Source: Longimicrobiales bacterium
GTDB taxonomy: Bacteria; Gemmatimonadota; Gemmatimonadetes; Longimicrobiales; Gaopeijiaceae
Assembly (NCBI GenBank): GCA_965219445.1
Contig: CBDCNQ010000003.1
Coordinates: 416,001 to 480,000 of the forward strand
Length of the DNA: 64,000 nucleotides
Direction of reading: 5' to 3'
Shown here in pieces: positions 29,264 through 38,608 of the stretch. Both the position numbers and the translations under genes were made by a program. Within the stretch, counting starts at the first letter, position 1; each line of letters opens with the position of its first letter. Under the pieces are notes generated by a model. The model was not told the origin of the DNA. It was given only the letters and a program-made list of their open reading frames with translations, and searched no databases.

Positions 29264-29572
29264 CTCATCTTCTTTCTTCTTAGGGTCAATCTCGCCGCCA
29301 GACGGCCAGCCGAGGATGCGCCAGGATTGTCCGATCCAATCTCCATGATCGCTCGACATGATGATTCTATCTACAGGACGATAGCCTCTGAGCGTGAAGT
29401 GTACCATCATTCATCGCCTTCGTGTGGCGCTCAAGACCCTCGTGTCGGCTCGGAGAAAACCTGATCCACTGAGGCGTACGGCACCACCTCGAGTGCAGCA
29501 TCCCCACAGCTTGCGCCGGAGGCGACCGCCAGCGCGAGCGCGCCCAAGTTCCGTTTGATCATTCCCTGTCCC

Positions 29573-30616
29573 TCACTCGAAGAGCGACGACTGCCCACCC
29601 CCCACCCCACCCTCGGAGGGCAGCTCGTACCCGAACCGCCTGTAGGCCCTCGCGGTCGCCACCCGCCCCCGTGGCGTCCGCATGATGAATCCCTCCTGGA
29701 TCAAGAACGGCTCGTAGACCTCCTCCAGGGTGGAGGCATCCTCACCCATCGCCACAGCCAACGTTTCGAGCCCGACGGGGCCGCCCTCGAACTTCTCGAT
29801 CAGCGTGTGGAGCACGCGCCCGTCCATCTCGTCGAGGCCGTACTCGTCGACGTCGAGCATTCTGAGGGCTTCCTCGGCCACGGTCGCCGTGATGACACCC
29901 TCGGCCTTGACCTGGGCGAAGTCGCGCACCCGGCGGAGTAGCCGGTTGGCCACCCTGGGGGTTCCCCGGGCGCGGCGGGCCAGGATCTGCGCCCCCTCGG
30001 GCGAGCACTCCACACCCAGGATTTCCGAGCTTCGCGAAACGATCACTGCCAATTCCTCGGGCGGATAGAAATTCAGCCGCTGGATGATCCCGAAGCGGGC
30101 CCGCATGGGCGCGGTGAGGAGCCCGAAGCGCGTGGTCGCACCCACGAGCGTGAACTTTTCAATGTCCATGGTCATGGTCTGCGCCCGGGGGCCATCGGCT
30201 AGGCGGATCTCCACCCGGTAGTCCTCCATCGCGGGATACAGAAACTCCTCGATGATGGGCCGGAGCCGGTGGATCTCGTCGATGAAGAGGACGTCTCCCT
30301 CACGCTGATTGGTGAGCATGCCCACGAGGTCCGCCGGCTTCTCCAGCACGGGCCCCGACGTGGACTTGAAGTTCACGCCCATCTCTCGCGCGATCAGCGA
30401 CGCCAGTGTGGTCTTGCCGAGCCCCGGCGGGCCATGAAAGAGCAGGTGGTCCAGTGGTTCCCGGCGCTGTTTGGCGGCCTCGATGGCGATGCTCAACGCC
30501 TCGCGGACCTTGTCCTGGCCAATGAACTCCTCGAGGCGCTGGGGCCGGAGCGAGGGCTCGGTCACGGTGTCTTCCTGGAGGACCTCCGGTGTGGTGATTT
30601 CGCTCCGTCCGTTCAT
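29573..30616 (-). CDS. ruvB: Holliday junction helicase RuvB
   Basis: [44 protein letters not shown]. Confidence 0.98.
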   Translation of the reverse strand: MNGRSEITTPEVLQEDTVTEPSLRPQRLEEFIGQDKVREALSIAIEAAKQRREPLDHLLFHGPPGLGKTTLASLIAREMGVNFKSTSGPVLEKPADLVGMLTNQREGDVLFIDEIHRLRPIIEEFLYPAMEDYRVEIRLADGPRAQTMTMDIEKFTLVGATTRFGLLTAPMRARFGIIQRLNFYPPEELAVIVSRSSEILGVECSPEGAQILARRARGTPRVANRLLRRVRDFAQVKAEGVITATVAEEALRMLDVDEYGLDEMDGRVLHTLIEKFEGGPVGLETLAVAMGEDASTLEEVYEPFLIQEGFIMRTPRGRVATARAYRRFGYELPSEGGVGGGQSSLFE

Positions 30617-30656
30617 CGGCTAGCCCCCATCGGCCCTCGCTCGCTCATTACCATCT

Positions 30657-31256
30657 TCAACGCTTCACCAAAGCCCGGCGCACCAACTCGTCGGTGCCCA
30701 CCGCCCCGCCCTCTGCCAAGGAGCGCCGGACGGCCGCGTCCGCATCCACGAACGAATACCCCAGCGCCACGAGTGCCCCGACTGCCTCCTGGGCACCGGG
30801 CACCGCTCCGTCGCCGGCACCGTCCGCTCCGGCGACCTCTACGGCCAGGTCCTCGACCTTGTCGGCCAGCTCCAACACGATGAGCTCGGCGGTCTTCTTC
30901 CCGACGCCGCTCACCTGCGTGAGGGCGTTCACGTCCTTCTCGACCAACGCCTGCACGAGGCGCGGCCCCGAATACGTGGAGAGCATGTTCAGCGCCACCT
31001 TGGGCCCCACCTTCGGCGCCCCCAGAAGGCGGGCGAAGAGTTCGCGCTCGAACGGGTCAATGAAACCGTAGAGCGTGAGTGAGTCCTCCCGCACCACTTG
31101 GAGGGTGCGGATCTCGAAGTCCGGAGCCGGCGGCTTCGGCAGGCGCTGAAAGATCGACAGCGGGATCTGGACCTGGTAGACGACACCTCCAACGGTCTCC
31201 ACCTCTACGTGATCCAGCTCCCTGGAGATGAGCGTGCCCCGGAGACGGGTGATCAC
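30657..31256 (-). CDS. ruvA: Holliday junction protein RuvA
   Basis: MITRLRG, VREDSLTLYGF, VGPKVA, GVGKKTA, ALVALGY; GTG overlaps ruvC stop. Confidence 0.96.
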   Translation of the reverse strand: MITRLRGTLISRELDHVEVETVGGVVYQVQIPLSIFQRLPKPPAPDFEIRTLQVVREDSLTLYGFIDPFERELFARLLGAPKVGPKVALNMLSTYSGPRLVQALVEKDVNALTQVSGVGKKTAELIVLELADKVEDLAVEVAGADGAGDGAVPGAQEAVGALVALGYSFVDADAAVRRSLAEGGAVGTDELVRRALVKR

Positions 31257-31741
31257 CGGAACGCCCCCATGACGCAGTGGCAGAGCGCCGCCGCCACGCC
31301 ATCGGCGGCGTCGGCCGGCGAGGGAGGGGCCTTGAGCCGGAGTTGCTGCTGAACCATGAAGCCTACCTGATCTTTGGTCGCGTTCCCGTTTCCCACCACG
31401 GCCTTCTTGATCTCTCTGGGGGAGTACTCGGCGATCGGAATCTCGCCGAGCGCCGCCGCGAGCAGTATAGCCCCCCTGGCGTGTCCCAGCTTGAGGGCGC
31501 TCTGCACGTTCTTTCCCTGGAAGACGTCCTCCACCACGACGACAGACGGGGCGTGACGCGTGATCAGTGCGGTGACTTCTTCGTAGATCTCCCGAATCCG
31601 GACCGCCAGTGCCTCGCTCGACGACGTACGCACCACCCCGCATTCCACCAAGGAAACGGCGCTGCCACCCTCCTTGGCGACAACGCCGTACCCCGTGACG
31701 GCCGTCCCGGGATCGATGCCGAGAATCAGCTCTTTGCTCAC
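31253..31741 (-). CDS. ruvC: crossover junction endodeoxyribonuclease RuvC
   Basis: ILGIDPG, VEDVF, LGHARG, KKAVVGNGNATKDQV, DAADG. Confidence 0.97.
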   Translation of the reverse strand: MSKELILGIDPGTAVTGYGVVAKEGGSAVSLVECGVVRTSSSEALAVRIREIYEEVTALITRHAPSVVVVEDVFQGKNVQSALKLGHARGAILLAAALGEIPIAEYSPREIKKAVVGNGNATKDQVGFMVQQQLRLKAPPSPADAADGVAAALCHCVMGAFR

Positions 31742-31753
31742 CTAGGTACTCAC

Positions 31754-32500
31754 TCACATAGCCTGTGCGAGAATCTCTTCGTCGATATCCGCGTTGGACG
31801 AGACTTGCTGAACGTCGTCGATGTCGTCCAGCGCTTCCAAGAGCTTGATGAGCTTCTCGGCGTCCCTGCCCTCGACGCGGATCTCGTTCTGGGGAATCCA
31901 GGAAAGTTCGGCCCGCTCGAACTCGATCCCGGCCGACTTCATGCCGGCCTGCACCTCGTGGAACGCGCCCGCGTCCGTCGTGACGATGAACTCACCGTCC
32001 GCCAGTTCGACGTCGTCCGCCCCCGCCTCGATCGCGGCTTCAAAAACTGACTCCTCGGGGTAACGCGAGGCCTCGACGTAGATCTGACCCTTGCGGTCGA
32101 ACTGCCAGCCCACCGAGCCCGTCGTCCCCAAGCTGCCCCCGAGCTTGGTCAGGACGTGTCTTACGTCGGCCACCGTCCGCTTCTGGTTGTCGGTAAGGGT
32201 CTCGATGTAGAGGGCCACCCCGCCTGGGCCGTACCCCTCATAGGCCACCTCCTCATAGCTGACGCTCTCCAGCTCCCCCGTACCCTTCTTGATGGCCCGG
32301 GTGATGTTGTCCGCGGGCATATTGCCCGCCTTGGCGTTATCCACGGCCAGGCGAAGGCGTGGGTTGAAGTTGGGGTCACCTCCGCCATCCCGGGCCGCCA
32401 CCGTGATCTCGCGGATCAGCTTGGTAAAAATCTTCCCGCGCTTGGCATCAGTCGCCGCCTTCTTGCGCTTGATGGTGGCCCACTTGCTATGTCCAGACAC
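31754..32500 (-). CDS. yebC: YebC/PmpR family protein
   Basis: MSGHSKWATIKRKK, NPRLR, YEGYGPGG; upstream of ruvC. Confidence 0.97.
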   Translation of the reverse strand: MSGHSKWATIKRKKAATDAKRGKIFTKLIREITVAARDGGGDPNFNPRLRLAVDNAKAGNMPADNITRAIKKGTGELESVSYEEVAYEGYGPGGVALYIETLTDNQKRTVADVRHVLTKLGGSLGTTGSVGWQFDRKGQIYVEASRYPEESVFEAAIEAGADDVELADGEFIVTTDAGAFHEVQAGMKSAGIEFERAELSWIPQNEIRVEGRDAEKLIKLLEALDDIDDVQQVSSNADIDEEILAQAM

Positions 32501-32502
32501 CG

Positions 32503-32539
32503 CAACTGCCTCCTTAGAAGGCCGTTGAAGAAGTACAGC
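32503..32539. repeat. solo MITE end abutting a short inverted end remnant
   Basis: CAACTGCCTCCT-TA-GAAGGCCGTTGAAGAAGTACAGC; right part matches 1554-1577 with one mismatch. Confidence 0.72.
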
Positions 32540-32542
32540 CCT

Positions 32543-34642
32543 CTAGTGCGCTGCCGCCACTTCCTTCGCAGCCGCGATCACCTTGGGCACCTCCAACTCC
32601 GGAACCGCCTCATACCCCGAGAAGCTCCGACTGTGGTGCGCCCGCCCCTGCGTGATGGCACGGAGCGATGTGGAGTACTTATAGAGCTCCGACTCCGGCA
32701 CCAACGCCTTAACCGTGGTGCGCCCCGCGGTGGGCTCCATCCCCAGCACCCTTCCCCGCCGCTGATTCATGTCACTCATGATGTCGCCTACGTAGTCGTC
32801 GGGCGTGGTCACCGTGACTTCGATGATGGGCTCCAAGATTACGGGGCGACACTTTGTCGCGACGTTCTTGAACGCAGCGGAGCCGGCCAACTTGAATGCG
32901 ATGTCGCTCGAGTCCACCGAGTGGTAGGAGCCGTCGTAGCACTCGGCCTCGAAGTCCACACACGGAAAACCGGCGAGGACTCCCCGAGCGGCGGCCTCCC
33001 GGATGCCTTTGTCCACGGAGGGTACGTACTTGGTCGGAATCACCCCACCTTTTATGGAATTGACGAATTCGTAACCGTTGCCCGTCTTGCGTGGCCTGAG
33101 TCGAATCCAGCAATCCCCGAACTGGCCGCGTCCGCCCGACTGCTTCCTGTGCCGGCCCTGTCCCTCGGCCTCCTTCGTAATCGTCTCTCGGTAACCGATC
33201 TTCGGCTGCTCCATCTGCACGGACACCCCGTACTTCCGCTTCATGCGTTCCATCTGAACGGCCAAATGCAGCTCACCCAGTCCTCTGGCGATCGTCTGGT
33301 GAAGTTCCGGGTCGAACTCCGCAATAAACGTCGGGTCCTCTTCGTGGAGCTTGGGAAGGACCTCCCCCAGCTTGTCTTCGTCACTTCGGCCTTCGCCCCG
33401 AATGGCCACAGCGATCTCCGGCTTCGGAAAGGCGATCTTTTCGAGCACCACGGGGCGGGACATCTCGCAGAGCGTGTCGTTGGTGTGGGCACCCTTGAGC
33501 TTCGCGACCACCCCTAGGTCCCCCGCATGGAGCTTGGGGACTTCGAAGCGATCCTTCCCCATGGATACCGAAAGGTGGTTCAGCTTTTCGCTCGTCCCGC
33601 GGTCCCCGTTCTTGACCTCCTGTCCGTTGCTCACCGACCCGCTCACGACGCGGAAGTAGGACATCTCCCCGATGTGGGGCTCCGAGGCGGTCTTATAGAT
33701 GAGCGCGGAAAAGGTCTCGTCGTCGGAGGGCGATAGGTGTACCTCCTCTTCCATGCCCGCACGCCGCACCGTCTCGTCGCCCGCCTCTGCGGGGCTGGGG
33801 CAGAGCTCCACGAGCCTCTCGAGTAGCTCCTGCATCCCGAACGAGCGCTCCGCGGATCCGCAGAACAGCGGGACAATGTCGCCACTCGTCACACCGTTGT
33901 GCATGGCTTGGATGGCCTCTTCCCGCGAGATCTTGCCCTCCTCGAGATAACGGTCGAGAAGGGCTTCATCGGTCGTAGCGATGGTTTCCTGCAGCTCGGT
34001 CTGCCACTTCTCGAATTGGGCCTGGAACTCCTCCGGAATGTCGACCTCGTCGTACTCGCCTTTTTCTGTTCCGGCCTTGTACAGGTGGGCCCGCTCACTG
34101 AACAAGTCGATGATTCCGCGGAAATCTGGACCCTCTCCGATGGGGATCTCCACGGGCACGACCTTTTCGGTAAGCCGGGCCTTGATGTCCCGATACACAC
34201 GGTCAAAAGAGGCGTGCTCTTTGTCCATCATAGACACAAAAAAGAACCGGGGGCTTCCCCGGTTTTCAGCATGCTCCCAGACGGTTTCGGTGCCTACCTC
34301 CACGCCGGAGGTGGCGCTAACGACAATTACCGCGGAGTCCGCAACCCGGATTGCCGCCAACGTCTCACCGACGAAATCCATGAACCCAGGAGTGTCCAGG
34401 AGGTTGATCTTGGCACCCGCGTACTCGCAGAAAGCCGGTGTGCACTGAAGCGAAATCCCGTGGCTCGTCTCCTCCGGAGTGTACATCGTGAGCGCGTTTC
34501 CCTCGGTGACGTCCCCCTTCCGTCCTGACGAACCAGTGGTGTAACACAGGGCGTCGATGAGGCTGGTTTTCCCGGCTCCGCCGTGGCCCAGAACGGCAAC
34601 ATTCCTGATCTTATCCGTAGTATACTCTTTGGCGAACGCCAT
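32543..34642 (-). CDS. elongation factor G paralog (EF-G2/EFG II-like)
   Basis: GHGGAGKTS, DTPG, KQSGGRGQF, DGSYHSVDSS; divergent switch I (HGISL) and G4 (SMMD); not in the str operon. Confidence 0.9.
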   Translation of the reverse strand: MAFAKEYTTDKIRNVAVLGHGGAGKTSLIDALCYTTGSSGRKGDVTEGNALTMYTPEETSHGISLQCTPAFCEYAGAKINLLDTPGFMDFVGETLAAIRVADSAVIVVSATSGVEVGTETVWEHAENRGSPRFFFVSMMDKEHASFDRVYRDIKARLTEKVVPVEIPIGEGPDFRGIIDLFSERAHLYKAGTEKGEYDEVDIPEEFQAQFEKWQTELQETIATTDEALLDRYLEEGKISREEAIQAMHNGVTSGDIVPLFCGSAERSFGMQELLERLVELCPSPAEAGDETVRRAGMEEEVHLSPSDDETFSALIYKTASEPHIGEMSYFRVVSGSVSNGQEVKNGDRGTSEKLNHLSVSMGKDRFEVPKLHAGDLGVVAKLKGAHTNDTLCEMSRPVVLEKIAFPKPEIAVAIRGEGRSDEDKLGEVLPKLHEEDPTFIAEFDPELHQTIARGLGELHLAVQMERMKRKYGVSVQMEQPKIGYRETITKEAEGQGRHRKQSGGRGQFGDCWIRLRPRKTGNGYEFVNSIKGGVIPTKYVPSVDKGIREAAARGVLAGFPCVDFEAECYDGSYHSVDSSDIAFKLAGSAAFKNVATKCRPVILEPIIEVTVTTPDDYVGDIMSDMNQRRGRVLGMEPTAGRTTVKALVPESELYKYSTSLRAITQGRAHHSRSFSGYEAVPELEVPKVIAAAKEVAAAH

Positions 34643-34691
34643 GACGCCTCCTACCCGATTCGCACCGTATCTTTTTTTCTAAGGGACCGTG

Positions 34692-34720
34692 ATTGTAGGC
34701 CGAAGGGCCCATCTCGTCTA
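34692..34720 (-). promoter_or_regulatory. putative sigma70 promoter for EF-G2
   Basis: TAGACG-N17-TACAAT, 50 nt upstream of ATG. Confidence 0.5.
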
Positions 34721-34769
34721 GATGAGGACGGCGTCACAATAAGCCTAGCGGGAGGTGCTGCGGCGAAGC

Positions 34770-35609
34770 TCAGTTCGTGCGGTGCTTCTTCGATACCTCA
34801 TCGAGGAGCTGCTTTTCCTGCTCCGTGAGGGACGCCATCCCTTCCGCCGAGATCTTATCCAGGACTCGATCGACGGCGTCCAAAGTCCTTTTCTCGCCAA
34901 CGTCGTCACTCCGCCGGCGCCGGGCACCCGTGGCCGCTTCCCGTTCCTCACGAGGAACGATCGCGAACCGCCTGGCACGCGCAGCCTTTCCCATATTTTG
35001 GATCGCCTGCGAGGCGCGCCAGTCGGTCTTCAGGTAGAGGAAGCCGGCCACAAAGCCACCGACATGGGCGAAGTGGGCGACGCCGCCACCTGCCCCGCCG
35101 AAGGCGCTGGAGAAGGTGACCAGGACAAGAAAGGCTACCAGCCACTTCGCCTTCACCGGGAAGATGCCCCACACGTAAATGGGGGCGTCGGGCCACGCCA
35201 TAGCGAACGCCAGCATAACGCCGTAGACCGCCGCTGACGCACCTATGATCGAATACGAGACGAAGAGAAAGCTGAGTAGCACACCACCGAGGCCGCACAC
35301 CAGATAGTACCGGATGAACTCCCTCGACCCCCACTTCGATTCGAGAGGCGGGCCGAAGAAGAAGAGCACAAGCATGTTCATGAAAACGTGCCAAAAATCG
35401 CCGTGGAGGAACATGTAGGTGAAGGGGGTCCACGGACGAAACAAGACCTTGGTGGGCTGGAAGGAGAACCACTCGAAGACGAATCCGGGGCCGATGACCC
35501 AGGTGAGCGCAAACACGATCGTGTTCGCGATCAGCAGCCGCTTGACCCAAGGGGTCAAACGGTAGCTGAGGTTCATCCCCCCGGAGCGGGCATATCCGGT
35601 ACCTCTCAA
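34770..35609 (-). CDS. rhomboid intramembrane serine protease with C-terminal soluble domain
   Basis: YMFLH..FWHVFMNM, GASA catalytic Ser, AHVGG; C-terminal VDRVLDKIS..G...LT; start could be 35576. Confidence 0.92.
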   Translation of the reverse strand: MRGTGYARSGGMNLSYRLTPWVKRLLIANTIVFALTWVIGPGFVFEWFSFQPTKVLFRPWTPFTYMFLHGDFWHVFMNMLVLFFFGPPLESKWGSREFIRYYLVCGLGGVLLSFLFVSYSIIGASAAVYGVMLAFAMAWPDAPIYVWGIFPVKAKWLVAFLVLVTFSSAFGGAGGGVAHFAHVGGFVAGFLYLKTDWRASQAIQNMGKAARARRFAIVPREEREAATGARRRRSDDVGEKRTLDAVDRVLDKISAEGMASLTEQEKQLLDEVSKKHRTN

Positions 35610-35717
35610 AGTCCCTTCTCCACCCTATGGTTCAGCGAAAAACAATCGAACTTCGGACGCGAATTCAAACCCCTGTCCTAACGAGCAGGTTCCGGTGGGA
35701 GCCGAATGCGACCCTCT

Positions 35718-36779
35718 TCAAGGCGCCGCCCTTCGTGCACGCTCCGCCGCCATGCACACTATCCGATCGCACAACTCCGGAAAAGTGATGCCGGCCACCC
35801 GGGCGGCCTTAGGAAGGAGGCTGTTCGCTGTCATCCCGGGCAGCGCGTTGGCCTCCAGACACCAAGCCTCACCCTTTTCGTCGACCATGAAATCAACCCG
35901 AGAGAAGTCCCTGAGCCGTAGCAGGCGGTGCACCTCTAGGGCTCGTTCTTGAAGCGTGCGAGCCAGGGTGTCCGGAACCTCAGCCGGAAAAATCTCGTCG
36001 GCCATGCCAATCTGGTACTTGCACTCATAGTCGAATAGCCCGTGCTCGGAAACGATCTCCCCAACCGGGAGCGCGTTCTCCCCCAGGATGCCCACGGTGA
36101 ATTCACGCCCGGCGACGAAGGCTTCGTACATCATGTCCGAGACTTCCCGGCTTTCGGAAGCACGGGCCGCTTCCACCCTGATCGTCTCCTCCACTCCGGC
36201 AGAATCGTCGAGCAGGTAGAGCCGCACCGACGAGCCGCCCGCCACCGGTTTGGCAATGATGGGCAAGCCTAGTCGTTCAACCGCCTCCTCGGCTGTGGGA
36301 TTCAGGAGCCAGTCCGGTGTGGGAATTCCGGCATCCCGGAGCATGCGCTTGGTGACGTCCTTGTCCATGGCGAGGCCGCTTCCGAGCATACCGCTTCCCG
36401 CGTACACGACTCCGCCAAGGTCGAGCAGGGCCTGGAGCGTCCCGTCCTCTCCCATTCCCCCGTGGAGGGCTGGAAAGACGACGTCGTAGGAAAAAATCTC
36501 CTCGTGCTTCGAAAGCGCCGTGCCGGTGAGAGCACCCGATAGGCCTGACGCGGCACCCGAGGCGGACGCCCCCCCTCCAGTAATTTCACCGGGCGGGAGG
36601 CGCCTCACGCCCTCTGCGAGAATCTTGGCCTCATCCGCACGGTTCAGTGCCCCTCCGGCGGGGTCCAGCGCAATCACGTCGTGTCCCGCTTGTCTCAGAG
36701 CATCGGCCACCTGGCAGCCGGACGCTAGGGAAACCTCTCGCTCCTCCGACTCGCCCCCGAGGAGGACCACGACCCTCAT
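35718..36779 (-). CDS. ddl: D-alanine--D-alanine ligase
   Basis: GGESEEREVSL, ALHGGMGEDG, AMDK, GSS, FDYECKY, LEANALPGMT. Confidence 0.93.
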   Translation of the reverse strand: MRVVVLLGGESEEREVSLASGCQVADALRQAGHDVIALDPAGGALNRADEAKILAEGVRRLPPGEITGGGASASGAASGLSGALTGTALSKHEEIFSYDVVFPALHGGMGEDGTLQALLDLGGVVYAGSGMLGSGLAMDKDVTKRMLRDAGIPTPDWLLNPTAEEAVERLGLPIIAKPVAGGSSVRLYLLDDSAGVEETIRVEAARASESREVSDMMYEAFVAGREFTVGILGENALPVGEIVSEHGLFDYECKYQIGMADEIFPAEVPDTLARTLQERALEVHRLLRLRDFSRVDFMVDEKGEAWCLEANALPGMTANSLLPKAARVAGITFPELCDRIVCMAAERARRAAP

Positions 36780-36830
36780 TTGCGGACCAGCCGTCCGGTC
36801 ATGGACACGCTGCGCAACGGCCCGTCTCCA

Positions 36831-38219
36831 TCAGCCGCCCGCGCCCGTCAGGTCACGGATCAGATCATACCGGGTGAGGATCCCGCCGATCTCTCCCTTG
36901 TCCCGCACGAGAAGGGCCGAGTTCCGCCGAGTCAACAATTGCGCGGCCCGCTCGGTGTCCAGATGGCTGTCCACGACCGGGAAGGGCGCATCCATGATCG
37001 ACTCGACCGGCCGATCAAGGAGCTCAGGATCCTCGATCACAGAGGACATCAACTCGCCGTCGTGTAACGAGCCTACGCATTCACCGTCCAAGATCACAGG
37101 CAACTGCGACACGTTGTACGACGTGAGCGTAGAGAGAGCGACGCGCACTGGTGTGGTGGGTTGAACCGCGACGAGCTCGGGAAGATCACGGTCCTTTTCG
37201 GCCACCAGGCGATGGACGCTCTGGTGCGCGCGCTTCATGAACCCGTTCTCCCGCATCCAGTCGTCGTCGAAGACCTTGCTGAGGTAATGCTCACCCCAGT
37301 CCGAAAGCAGTGTCACGACTACGGCGTCCTCCCCAGACTCCTTCGCGACCTGCAGGGCTGCGTGCACCGTGAGTCCACTCGAACCCCCAGCGAACAGGCC
37401 CTCTTCACGGGCCAGGCGGCGGGTCATCGCAAACGACTCCGCGTCGGTCACGGTAATCCAGCGGTCCGTGACGCCCATGTCCAGAGCGCCCGGGATCTTG
37501 TCGCTCCCGATTCCCTCCACCTTGTACGGCTCGCCTTCGATCAACTCACCCGTATCGAAGAAAGTCCTCAGGATCGATCCCTCGGGGTCCACGCCCACGA
37601 TCTCGACATCCGGGTTCTGCTCCTTGAGGTACCGCCCCACACCGCTAATCGTCCCCCCGGTGCCGGAACCCGCGAGAAAGTGAGTGACTCTTCCCTCCGT
37701 CTGCGCCCAGATCTCCGGGCCTGTCGTCTCGTAATGCGCCTGCGGGTTTGCCGAGTTGTAGAACTGGTTCGCGAGGATCGCCCCCGGGGTCTCACGCGCG
37801 ATAGTCTCTGCTTTTACGGTGTAGTGCTCGGGATGGTCGGGCGGAACGGCCGTCGGCACGATGACCACCTCCGCCCCAAAAGCACGCAGGAGCTTCACCT
37901 TCTCCTGGCTCATCTTGTCCGGCATCGTGAAGATGCACCGGTAGCCTCGTATCGCGGCGACCATCGCAAGGGCCATCCCCGTATTACCGCTGGTCGCTTC
38001 GACGATCACCCCTCCGGGCTTGAGTTCCCCGTTGCGCTCGGCTTCCTCCACCATGGCCAGGCCGATGCGATCCTTCAGGGATCCGCACGGATTCATGAAC
38101 TCGCACTTCACGTAGATGGTCCCGGGGACGTCCCGAGTGATGTTGTTCAGCCGGACCAGAGGCGTCGCACCCACCGCATCGGTGACGTTGTCGTACGGGC
38201 GGGGGTGATCTTCACTCAT
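36831..38219 (-). CDS. cystathionine beta-synthase with C-terminal CBS pair
   Basis: NPCGSLKDR, EATSGNTG, GTGGT, YKVEGIG, YLSKVFDDDWM, followed by CBS domains. Confidence 0.92.
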   Translation of the reverse strand: MSEDHPRPYDNVTDAVGATPLVRLNNITRDVPGTIYVKCEFMNPCGSLKDRIGLAMVEEAERNGELKPGGVIVEATSGNTGMALAMVAAIRGYRCIFTMPDKMSQEKVKLLRAFGAEVVIVPTAVPPDHPEHYTVKAETIARETPGAILANQFYNSANPQAHYETTGPEIWAQTEGRVTHFLAGSGTGGTISGVGRYLKEQNPDVEIVGVDPEGSILRTFFDTGELIEGEPYKVEGIGSDKIPGALDMGVTDRWITVTDAESFAMTRRLAREEGLFAGGSSGLTVHAALQVAKESGEDAVVVTLLSDWGEHYLSKVFDDDWMRENGFMKRAHQSVHRLVAEKDRDLPELVAVQPTTPVRVALSTLTSYNVSQLPVILDGECVGSLHDGELMSSVIEDPELLDRPVESIMDAPFPVVDSHLDTERAAQLLTRRNSALLVRDKGEIGGILTRYDLIRDLTGAGG

Positions 38220-38239
38220 GACCTACCCACGGCCTGTCG

Positions 38240-38608
38240 TCAAGGACGCGGCCTCTTCGAAAAATGAACGGGCACGTGGGCCCAGACTTCGATGCGTTTG
38301 TCCCCCTGGCGAGCTGGGCTGAATCTCAGCGTTCTCGCACCCCGCACAGCTGAGGAGTCGAAGGCGTCGTACCCGCTGGACTCCAATACGACCACGCTGT
38401 CCACGTCGCCCAGGTCCGTCACGCGCACCCTCAGCATCGAGCTTCCCTCGATACCCTGATCCCACAGATCCAACGGGTAATCGATCGGGACCGAGGCGCT
38501 CAATGGCGATGGGCTCTCGATCTCCTGATCCCCGGAACAAGCCGACACGGCGGCCGCAAGCAACGCGCACAGGGCCAGCGATGGCCCTCGGCTCCGACGC
38601 GGGCTCAA
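38240..38608 (-). CDS. TonB C-terminal domain lipoprotein
   Basis: Lipobox VSAC; YP...GIEG...ESSGYDAFDSSA...FSPA...VPVHF; TTGA overlap with mutS. Confidence 0.8.
   Translation of the reverse strand: MSPRRSRGPSLALCALLAAAVSACSGDQEIESPSPLSASVPIDYPLDLWDQGIEGSSMLRVRVTDLGDVDSVVVLESSGYDAFDSSAVRGARTLRFSPARQGDKRIEVWAHVPVHFSKRPRP

Noticed and set aside
31257..31757. Long N-terminal extension of RuvA
   Set aside because: Shadow of ruvC; the true start is the GTG overlapping the ruvC stop
32156..33517. 453-aa plus-strand ORF and similar long antisense ORFs (11876-12895, 37161-38267, 52404-53414)
   Set aside because: Antisense shadows of real genes, typical of high-GC DNA, with no recognisable motifs
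35718..36779. Van-type D-Ala-D-Lac ligase
   Set aside because: Omega loop FDYECKY keeps the Tyr typical of D-Ala-D-Ala ligases; no van accessory genes
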